Source: Bdellovibrionales bacterium (GTDB lineage Bacteria > Bdellovibrionota > Bdellovibrionia > Bdellovibrionales > UBA1609). From it: DNA of 20,451 nt. Below are positions 1 to 6,726 of this stretch, one piece after another (the first letter of the stretch is position 1; each line of letters begins with the position of its first letter). The notes beneath the pieces are model-generated. The model was not told the origin of the DNA. It saw only the letters and a list, made by a program, of their open reading frames with translations, and made no database searches. A program made the translations under genes and the position numbers. Location: positions 1 to 20,451 of the forward strand of contig JBFWVI010000049.1 in assembly GCA_050246815.1 (NCBI GenBank), given 5' to 3'.

Positions 1-78
1 CGGATTATACCAGCCTTCGATAAATTCAAAAACCTTCATCCGTGCTTCAACTCTTGTTTTAAATCTATTCTTCGCCAG
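1..78 (-). mobile_element. IS3-family transposase fragment (C-terminal part of the integrase core), running off the window edge
   Basis: Not in the ORF track. The minus-strand frame 78->1 reads LAKNRFKTRVEARMKVFEFIEGWYNP, matching the IS3 OrfB C-terminal motif F.TR.EAR..(V/I)FE(Y/F)IEGWYN. No upstream transposase sequence is present, so it is a remnant. Confidence 0.85.
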
Positions 79-1495
79 AAAAAACCAACTCAGTCGACAC
101 CATCAGAGTCTTCAAGAAAACTTCGCCTTCTTTGCCGGTTGTGACCTCTTTCACTCGTACCATGTTTACACCGTCAAGTTTTCGAGGTTTGCTCAAAACT
201 TCGAGACGACCTTTTGGAGGTACTCCAAAACTTGCATCTGTAAACGTCGGAGCGCCTTGAATTTCGAAGATTGCCAAGGCAGGCAAGTTTTCGTCAGCCT
301 TCATATAGCCAATTTTATCTTTAACAACCAACATAGCTCCGGGTACAAGAGCCTGGCTTGTGACTTTTACGCTGTCCGCGGGGCGTTCTTTGGCGAGTAC
401 AATTTCTTTTGATCCCCCGCCTTTAGCCGCAACGATCTCCTGCCATACTTGGCGAAAGGTCTCCGCACGCGAATTTTTATAGCGAATACGAACCCAGTCA
501 GGCGCATTCTTTTTGGTGTCGTCGGAGCGAGCAGGCTCCATAGGGGCTCCGAAAATACCGGCAAACTCCATGTATGCGTCCAACGGTGCAATAAATTTGG
601 TCAACGCAGCTTCGTTGTAGCGCTTTTTGCCGCGCGCCAAAGCAAAATGAGGATAGGATTCACCACCACGAACTTTACGACCCAACAAGATCTTTATTAC
701 CGCTGAAGAGCCGTAGCTGGGTGGAACAGCCAGCGTCGTTTCAACCACAGCCCAGGCCATGTCGTAGCCTTCTCTTGTTGTAGGTGAACCGAAAGCCGAC
801 TCAACCAAGGCTTCAATCTTCGAAGTTCGCATTGATTCGCGTACGATTTGTTCTTCAGTGGTTTGGGGGACCAGTGTGAGGATATAGGCATCAGGCACTC
901 CGCGATGCCCCGGCCCGAACTCCACTTTTCGCAACTCCCCTTGGGGCGTGCGAAGCATAAAACCTTGAAAATGCTCAATTCGAGGATGTCGGTCTTCTGG
1001 AGTTGTATTGTCGCGCTCGCCTTTAAAATAAGACTCCACCTGGCCAGAAAAATAGTAACGCTCCATACGCGCATCGCCAGGTTTACCGTCAACCATCACC
1101 CGCTCCTTGTGCTGGTCGAAATAGCCGATAACTGCCTGACCCACGAGACTCGAAAGATCCACATGAGTTTCGCTGTAAAGACCGCTACCAAAAGCCATAA
1201 ACTCGACCGGGAGGTCGCTCACCTGCAAAAAAGTCACATGATTGCTGACAGGATTGATTTGAGATAAATCGGCATAGGAAGGCTGTTGGAAATTACGCTC
1301 AAATTTAAAAAACCACTCGCGAGTGAAGTTGGGGAAAGCTTTTAAGGCCTGAAGCACTTCGGGAGTGAGCTCAGGAGTCTCATCGGTCAAAACTTTTTCG
1401 CAGTGATTGACGACCTGACCTGGCACCTGTTGGTTTGCCCCAACCGAAACTGGCACGAAACACACCATACTAGTGAGTACGAGTAAGCGCTTCAT
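65..1495 (-). CDS. Secreted hypothetical protein (~476 aa)
   Basis: Long ORF 65..1504. The AGAAGG SD at 1505-1510 is better spaced (9 nt) for ATG 1495 (MKRLLVLTSMVCFVPVSVGA, signal-peptide-like). No family recognised. Confidence 0.8.
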   Translation of the reverse strand: MKRLLVLTSMVCFVPVSVGANQQVPGQVVNHCEKVLTDETPELTPEVLQALKAFPNFTREWFFKFERNFQQPSYADLSQINPVSNHVTFLQVSDLPVEFMAFGSGLYSETHVDLSSLVGQAVIGYFDQHKERVMVDGKPGDARMERYYFSGQVESYFKGERDNTTPEDRHPRIEHFQGFMLRTPQGELRKVEFGPGHRGVPDAYILTLVPQTTEEQIVRESMRTSKIEALVESAFGSPTTREGYDMAWAVVETTLAVPPSYGSSAVIKILLGRKVRGGESYPHFALARGKKRYNEAALTKFIAPLDAYMEFAGIFGAPMEPARSDDTKKNAPDWVRIRYKNSRAETFRQVWQEIVAAKGGGSKEIVLAKERPADSVKVTSQALVPGAMLVVKDKIGYMKADENLPALAIFEIQGAPTFTDASFGVPPKGRLEVLSKPRKLDGVNMVRVKEVTTGKEGEVFLKTLMVSTELVFSGEE

Positions 1496-1772
1496 AGACA
1501 CCATCCTTCTTACGAGGACTTAACATTCCGATTCGAAAGAGTTAAAAGATTTCAATTGATAAGGGCGGCACTCAGTAATCTTTATAGAGGGAAATTATCT
1601 TTTGATAAGAAGGCGTAATGGTTGCGACGTGGGTCGTGCAGCTTCAGGAGCAAGCCAAAAGGACGCAGTGGAACCATCTCTGCTAGAGTTTGAGTTCGAT
1701 AATACCCTCAGGGGGTAGAAGGAGTCATTTTTACAACCTGAGCTAACTTGCTATTCATAGAGTGGATATTCG

Positions 1773-2381
1773 TTAGACGCGGTCTCCAACTTGAATATAA
1801 ATATGCGGCCTTGAGCTCTTGGTGGCAGGGTATGGGCAATCCGGTGAGCTCCAGCTTAGGGGGGGGGGGGGCCCGAGTTCGTCTTGTTGTTTAGTGATCG
1901 TTGAAAGATGTGGGAGGGGAGTGTAAAAGCCAGCCACGGCTAAAACCGCGGCTGGAACTAAAACTAAGTCACTTACATTTTTGGTAATTTTCTTAATCGC
2001 CTCTCGGCTTCTCCAAAGCGCAAGGTCAATTACATTCTCCTTCTCGCCCTTAGGTCCTTTCGGGAATACTCTCTGGGGTATCAATGTCAGGTCGGCTGTA
2101 TTGAGAAGTCCTACAATCTTTACCTCCTCCCAGCAATACCACGATAAAACGCTACGCCATTCATCGTTGGCTACAAGGAAGTACTCAAGTCCGCTTGTGC
2201 ACACCAACTTGTATTCAGAGCTTCGAGTGGCACTCACTTCCTTATCCCAAGGCACGACTACGCCAGAAAGTGTGACGGGTGTCAGGACGTTTTTGGAGTA
2301 ACCCCTCGATGGTTTCTCCAAAGGGTGGTTTGGTTCTACTTTTTCTCCCTTCATTTTTTTGAAAGTTAAAAGCGATTTCAT
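1773..2381 (-). CDS. Hypothetical protein with a possible OB-fold-like beta domain; last gene of the HPF-like operon
   Basis: GGAGG SD at 2389-2393, 7 nt before ATG 2381. Pattern VTLSGVV...EYFLV...EEVKIVGLL, then a hydrophobic stretch LVLVPAAVLAVAGF. The C-terminal tail crosses a G13 run and looks non-native. Confidence 0.7.
   Translation of the reverse strand: MKSLLTFKKMKGEKVEPNHPLEKPSRGYSKNVLTPVTLSGVVVPWDKEVSATRSSEYKLVCTSGLEYFLVANDEWRSVLSWYCWEEVKIVGLLNTADLTLIPQRVFPKGPKGEKENVIDLALWRSREAIKKITKNVSDLVLVPAAVLAVAGFYTPLPHLSTITKQQDELGPPPPLSWSSPDCPYPATKSSRPHIYIQVGDRV
1859..1871. repeat. G13 homopolymer tract (C13 on the coding strand, encoding poly-Pro)
   Basis: Seen directly: tta-G13-cccgag. Confidence 0.95.
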
Positions 2382-2398
2382 AACGATACCTCCCAATT

Positions 2399-2749
2399 TT
2401 AGCCCGCCATAGCCAACAAATCAGGGTTATTACTTAAGTCAGACTTCCTAGAGACGGGCCGACCGCCAGAGTGCTTCCACGCTTTTAGGCACTCCCGTTT
2501 TACTCTTGCGTACAGATTTTCTAACACTTGAGTCAGTGACGGACCCCTCTTGTAGACCCCAATCGGAACGTCGTTCGCCTTGCTCCAAAGCAGTCCTTCA
2601 TAAACATGGCCGCATTTTAAAAGCCGCATACTAACGTCCGAGGACGGCGAGATGGCCTTTATTGCCGTCACGATCTGACGGATCTTTTCTTCCGCATCGT
2701 GGTTAATACCGACGCCGTCGTTGTAAATTGTTGCGCCCGCTAAAACCAT
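2399..2749 (-). CDS. HPF/RaiA-like small protein, copy 3 (most divergent; 116 aa)
   Basis: GAGGAGGT SD before ATG 2749. Predicted beta-alpha-beta-beta-beta-alpha pattern. The ISPSSDVSMRL segment parallels RSPSDSAIKMAM in copy 1, and the C-terminal helix is basic (YARVKRECLKAWKH). Confidence 0.55.
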   Translation of the reverse strand: MVLAGATIYNDGVGINHDAEEKIRQIVTAIKAISPSSDVSMRLLKCGHVYEGLLWSKANDVPIGVYKRGPSLTQVLENLYARVKRECLKAWKHSGGRPVSRKSDLSNNPDLLAMAG

Positions 2750-2765
2750 AAGACCTCCTCTCTGC

Positions 2766-3119
2766 TTAGGAAGCAAATTGCTCCCTCCAAAATTGTTTTT
2801 TTCGGTAACAAATTCGTTTCTTACTTATTCTATGCACCTGTCTCAAAATCCCTTTGCGAACCTTTCTTAAAACGGCCATTACATTTTTGCCTTCTTTGCT
2901 GATGACAATTGGCTCGCCAAGACCATAGACGCTCATTGAAACCGAAAACAAATGTTTGTCTTTGGCCTCGGGCTCAATGTGCACTTGAACATCGGTATCC
3001 CAGCCGGACTGCGACTTGATTTCTTTTACAATGTGGTCAGCATATTGCTTAACCGCCTCAGTCTGAGTTAAGTCCTTAGCTTGAAACTCATACATCAATT
3101 CTTGGTTCATAAAACTCAT
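2766..3119 (-). CDS. HPF/RaiA (ribosomal S30AE-family) ribosome-associated protein, copy 2 (117 aa)
   Basis: YEFQAKDLTQTEAVKQYADHIVKEI resembles the HPF N-terminus (I.I.GKN.E.TEAL..Y...KL.KL). IVISKEGKNVMAVLRKVRKGILRQVHRISKK resembles the HPF last strand and helix (..DMYAAID....KLERQL.K.K.K). ATGA overlap with the upstream gene. Confidence 0.75.
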   Translation of the reverse strand: MSFMNQELMYEFQAKDLTQTEAVKQYADHIVKEIKSQSGWDTDVQVHIEPEAKDKHLFSVSMSVYGLGEPIVISKEGKNVMAVLRKVRKGILRQVHRISKKRICYRKKQFWREQFAS

Positions 3120-3445
3120 ACGTACTCCTCGACAGTAATTTGCGATTCATCATTCAGAAAGCGACGACTCTTCCAGCGGTCCAATTGGTCAGCGATTTTC
3201 TTTTCGACCTTCTTAATGGCCTTAATTGGGTTATCACTGATAGCTTCAGCGGCAAATATTCCAGCATGAGATACAACACGACAAGACGCCTGAACAGCGC
3301 CTTTACTTAACTTCATTGCCATCTTAATCGCGGAATCGCTGGGCGAACGAAGGTGTAATCTCTCTGCGACGGTCGAGATGAAGCTTTTCACTTCGTATTC
3401 GGGATCAAATCCTACAAATTCAAATTGCACACAATCGTTGTGCAT
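3116..3445 (-). CDS. HPF/RaiA-like small protein, copy 1 (109 aa)
   Basis: AAGGAGG SD before ATG 3445. VQFEFVGFDPEYEVKSFISTVAERL ... GIFAAEAISDNPIKAIKKVEKKIADQLDRWK matches the HPF-fold pattern (A.A.SED...AI......L..QL). Confidence 0.7.
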   Translation of the reverse strand: MHNDCVQFEFVGFDPEYEVKSFISTVAERLHLRSPSDSAIKMAMKLSKGAVQASCRVVSHAGIFAAEAISDNPIKAIKKVEKKIADQLDRWKSRRFLNDESQITVEEYV

Positions 3446-3545
3446 AGCCCCTCCTTTCAACGTGGCTATTACGCTGTCGCAAATATTCATCAAGATGGAA
3501 CTGCACCAGCTCAACGAAAATTGTAAGTTGTAACGTTTGGGTTTA

Positions 3546-3581
3546 TTACCGGCGCCGGTTGGGTGGGATACCTGATCTCAC
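3546..3581 (-). CDS. Putative 11-aa leader peptide MRSGIPPNRRR
   Basis: AAAGGAGGT SD (3595-3587), 5-nt spacer, GTG start at 3581, tandem TAA TAA stops. Lies between a promoter candidate and the first HPF-like gene. Confidence 0.55.
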   Translation of the reverse strand: MRSGIPPNRRR

Positions 3582-3666
3582 TTTGTACCTCCTTTAATAC
3601 GTCCAGGGCACGCATCAGAGTAAAGAAGCTACATTTGTTTGCAAAAGCCCTGTTGTTTCCAACCTA

Positions 3667-3694
3667 ATTTTGTAGTCGGTAAAAAAAATGTCAA
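3667..3694 (-). promoter_or_regulatory. Promoter candidate for the leader/HPF-like operon (TTGACA-N16-CAAAAT)
   Basis: Perfect TTGACA at 3694-3689 and CAAAAT at 3672-3667, downstream of the Hsp20 terminator. Confidence 0.5.
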
Positions 3695-3768
3695 GTGACC
3701 ATGGTTCCAAAACTGGACCATTTTAAAAATCCTAGAAATTTCAAAAATTTAATGTGCGATGTAAAGAG

Positions 3769-3802
3769 AAGGGCGGAGTCTCAAGTTGAGACAACCGCCC
3801 TT
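3769..3802 (-). terminator. Rho-independent terminator of the Hsp20 gene
   Basis: AAGGGCGG / CCGCCCTT stem enclosing GTCTCAA-G-TTGAGAC, followed on the minus strand by CTCTTT. A second hairpin ATCTTGC-TTAC-GCAAGAT lies at 3807-3824. Confidence 0.75.
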
Positions 3803-3837
3803 GAGGATCTTGCTTACGCAAGATTTTTAATGGGTGC

Positions 3838-4386
3838 CTAGGATACCTTTACGTCCTTCAACTCTTTGGTCCCTTCTTTTTTGGAGCCCAAGAGTTTGCC
3901 AAAGAAACTGTTCTGACCGCTTTGGATTTGAATAGTTCTTCCTTTGGCGACTTCGGCTTTAGGGAGGGCGACATTCAATACACCATTTTCATAGTGCGCT
4001 TCGATCTTTTCAGCGTTGACGGTAGTCGGTAATGTGAAAGTTCGCTCGAACTTGCCATAGGCTCGCTCGTGTCGAAGAGTGGCCTCGCCATCTTCTTCTT
4101 TCATTTCGTATTGTCTTTCGCCCGAAATAACCAGTTGGTTATTTTGAACTTCGATTTTAATGTCCTCTTTTTTTACGCCAGGCATATCAAAGCTCACGAG
4201 GTAATAATCCTTAGTTTTTTTGATGTCGCAGCTAGGTTGAAAATTGACCGTACTTGCGTAGGCGGGCCGCAGAAAGCTATTCACAATTCGGTCAAAATCA
4301 TCAAAGAGATCTCCCATAACAATGTCGGGAGATAGGCCGCGACGTGACCACGCCCAGTCTGGGGTAAACGGACTTAACATTCTCAT
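3838..4386 (-). CDS. Hsp20/alpha-crystallin small heat-shock protein (182 aa)
   Basis: Motifs PSCDI..., DMPGVKKEDIKIEV, ERAYGKFERTFTLP and AHYENGVLNVALPK. AGGAGGT SD before ATG 4386. Confidence 0.97.
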   Translation of the reverse strand: MRMLSPFTPDWAWSRRGLSPDIVMGDLFDDFDRIVNSFLRPAYASTVNFQPSCDIKKTKDYYLVSFDMPGVKKEDIKIEVQNNQLVISGERQYEMKEEDGEATLRHERAYGKFERTFTLPTTVNAEKIEAHYENGVLNVALPKAEVAKGRTIQIQSGQNSFFGKLLGSKKEGTKELKDVKVS

Positions 4387-4441
4387 TGTGTACCTCCTAT
4401 GGTTAAGGGTCATTGGTTTCATAAAAATTACTTCTAATCAA

Positions 4442-4469
4442 AAAATGTGTGGTCCGCAAAATCTGTCAA
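4442..4469 (-). promoter_or_regulatory. Hsp20 promoter candidate (TTGACA-N16-CATTTT)
   Basis: CTTGACA at 4470-4464 and CACACATTTT ending at 4442. An inverted repeat AGACA-N8-TGTCT sits just upstream at 4477-4494. Confidence 0.5.
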
Positions 4470-4689
4470 GACGGCAAGACAAAATTTTCTGTCTCATCCT
4501 TTGATCCTCGCGAATTTCAAAACAATTTTATCCTTATCTGTTGGATACTCCTTTGTTTGTTGATGATATCGTCTGCCTCCAAATTGCTCTGCTTTTTTTG
4601 CCGAAAGATGGATTTACTTTTTGTGGCGTCAAGTTCCGCACAAAATAGGTCTAAAAAATCTAGTGGTTTTGAATATTTGTGTCGGCCAC

Positions 4690-4720
4690 TTGACAAAAAT
4701 ATTTTGAAAATCATTTTTTG
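4690..4720 (+). promoter_or_regulatory. Divergent promoter candidate (TTGACA-N16-CATTTT) overlapped by a Fur-box-like site
   Basis: TTGACA at 4690-4695 and CATTTT at 4712-4717. TTGAAAATCATTTT at 4704-4717 resembles the WTGAAAATNATTTTCAW Fur motif described for deltaproteobacteria. Confidence 0.45.
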
Positions 4721-4793
4721 AAATAGGTTGATATTAGGTCCGTTTAGGATTCGGAGCTGAAGCTTCGCATTTTGAAAGGAGGTGATATTTGCC

Positions 4794-5015
4794 ATGCAAG
4801 CGGCCTTTAAAAACGCTAACGCCTACCCGCAAGATAAAATTTCTGACCATCTGAACTCCCTCGAAACTCAGCTCAAGGAGTTATGGTCACAGTATGTAAA
4901 GCGTCTTGATGAAAATGGATTTGACGAGATGGCACGTTCGTTGAGGGATAGGTACTTCAATATTTATCGTAGTTATCGACACAACAAGAAATGGAGAGAA
5001 ATTATGAACAATTAA
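4794..5015 (+). CDS. Small helical hypothetical protein (73 aa)
   Basis: AAGGAGGTG SD at 4776-4784 and ATG at 4794. Amphipathic, coiled-coil-like sequence. Confidence 0.75.
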   Translation: MQAAFKNANAYPQDKISDHLNSLETQLKELWSQYVKRLDENGFDEMARSLRDRYFNIYRSYRHNKKWREIMNN

Positions 5016-5032
5016 AAAACAGGAGGTGCGCT

Positions 5033-5371
5033 ATGACAGCCTTGGTTTTTGATAAAATCAAGTTTGATCTTACCCCGATCAAAATATTTCTTTCAATCGC
5101 GGCTATTTACCTCGCGTGCATGACCAGCATCGCGTCGGTTATGCCGAAGGTATCTACACTTGAACCGTCGTTTGAGCCTTTGATGGCGAGTGACCTTAAT
5201 TCTTGTCCGGTTCCATACTCAACCGAGTCTTGCAGCAGCGGAACGATCGGCAAATGCGAAACTGAAAGTTTATGGCCTCAGGTGTTGAATAGATATTCAT
5301 GGCAAAACACCAGTTCGCGGCCGATATGCCCACATTCAAATGCGTCAAAAAGTCAGAATAGCGAATCTTGA
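5033..5371 (+). CDS. Hypothetical single-TM protein with a Cys-containing C-terminal region (112 aa)
   Basis: AGGAGGTG SD at 5021-5028 and ATG at 5033. Hydrophobic segment IFLSIAAIYLACMTSIASV, followed by four more Cys. Confidence 0.7.
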   Translation: MTALVFDKIKFDLTPIKIFLSIAAIYLACMTSIASVMPKVSTLEPSFEPLMASDLNSCPVPYSTESCSSGTIGKCETESLWPQVLNRYSWQNTSSRPICPHSNASKSQNSES

Positions 5372-5385
5372 AGACTGCCTTCACG

Positions 5386-5415
5386 ACAGGGGATGGGCTG
5401 TCATCCGCCCCCTGT
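5386..5415 (+). terminator. GC-rich hairpin, probable terminator
   Basis: ACAGGGG...CCCCTGT stem with an inner GGATG/CATCC pair, 14 nt after the stop codon. The U-tail is weak. Confidence 0.5.
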
Positions 5416-5667
5416 TGCGCCTTGCGCTTCAGGGGCAATTGACATAGGATTTTGTTACGTCACGGGGGCGCGACGTTTGGGTCCGACAATCGGAACTCCG
5501 CCTCCATCATCTACGGAACCTGGAAATGATTTTCAGATTTTGCAGTGTTGTGGTACGAGGAAGTAAAGTTCAGAAGGTCTGAGCCGTTCTCTGAATGGAA
5601 AGACTACGAAACAAATGCTCACGGTTTCAATTCCAAAAGATCGTCAAATTAGGAGAATCGAAAAATT

Positions 5668-6264
5668 ATGGGAGCGAATCTGCAAGCCTTGCTAGAGGAA
5701 ATCCGAGACTTGGAAATGTCTGTCGTAGAGCAGATTAAGCAAAAAGAGGAAGATCTTCTTTATAGTATAAAAAATCGAACTGTTGTTTTCCGGAAAGAGA
5801 TCATCGAAAAACACAAGGCTCTCCGTAAAAGTGTTTATAGATTTTTGGTCGAATCATCTTCTATGTCCTATGTGGTCGCTCCGGTCATATACTCCATGAT
5901 CATTCCTGCATTAATTATGGATATTTTTGTCTCAGTCTATCAGAGGATATGTTTTCCTGTTTATGGGATACCTAAGGTGAAGCGAAATGATTACATTGTC
6001 CTAGACCGAAATCGGCTTAAATATTTAAATTGGATCGAAAGAATCAATTGCGACTATTGCGGTTACTTTAACGGGCTTATTTCCTATGTTCGTGAGGTGG
6101 CATCACGAACCGAACAGTATTTCTGTCCTATTCGGCATGCATTAAAGGTCAAAGGACTCCACATAAGACACGCTAGGTTCTTAAGGTACGGCGAGGTAGA
6201 TAATTATAGAGAGAGACTCGCTCAACTTAGAAAGGAAGTGCGTGAAACCGCATTAGAAGTTTAG
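5668..6264 (+). CDS. Conserved hypothetical membrane protein with CxxC and CPIxH motifs
   Basis: AGGAG SD, N-terminal coiled coil, TM segment APVIYSMIIPALIMDIFVSVY, then CFPVYGIPKV, NCDYCGYFNG and RTEQYFCPIRHA. Confidence 0.85.
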   Translation: MGANLQALLEEIRDLEMSVVEQIKQKEEDLLYSIKNRTVVFRKEIIEKHKALRKSVYRFLVESSSMSYVVAPVIYSMIIPALIMDIFVSVYQRICFPVYGIPKVKRNDYIVLDRNRLKYLNWIERINCDYCGYFNGLISYVREVASRTEQYFCPIRHALKVKGLHIRHARFLRYGEVDNYRERLAQLRKEVRETALEV

Positions 6265-6726
6265 AATCGCGGAACATGATTTTTCACGATCTAGCTTCTG
6301 ACAGAAGGGGAGAGAAAATATAAAAAAATTGAACGCCATTGTTCTCGCCCGCAGCCGACTCTTTCAGTCGTACCCCGTGCTCGCGCGGCAAGCTTTCTGT
6401 GAATGCGGCGAGGGACTCCGTGTTCAACCACGTAGTTTACGCGCAGCTTGAGGCCTTGAGTCGCGATCGCGTTTGCTAAAATCTGAAAGTTCGGCCAGGA
6501 CGGCTGTCGATAGGGCAGGGCCTCGCCGCGCACGAAACAACGGGCTTGCGCACTGATAGTTGTCCATCTTGGATTCCGCGAATTGCGATGCGTTAGTGGT
6601 AACTGCCCCATGCGGGTTCGGCTATACCGCTTTGCACAAGTACACCGAGTTTTTCAACGAACTAGGAGCCAGTACCGAAGACCTAAGTCCGGTTCAGCTT
6701 GAAGGTCTGAGAAAAAAGGAGAGATT

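Noticed and set aside
367..1267. Alternative-frame ORFs 367..591, 449..706, 697..1092 and 848..1267
   Set aside because: They are nested in the long 479-aa ORF, with no motifs or convincing SDs.
1566..1592. GGCACTC as a possible CIRCE half-site
   Set aside because: There is no TTAGCACTC-N9-GAGTGCTAA second arm, and no CIRCE was found upstream of Hsp20 either.
4322..4795. ORFs 4322..4504, 4449..4721 and 4517..4795 in the divergent intergenic region
   Set aside because: They overlap promoter elements, lack SDs and have low-complexity AT-driven composition. 4517..4795 cannot be fully excluded.
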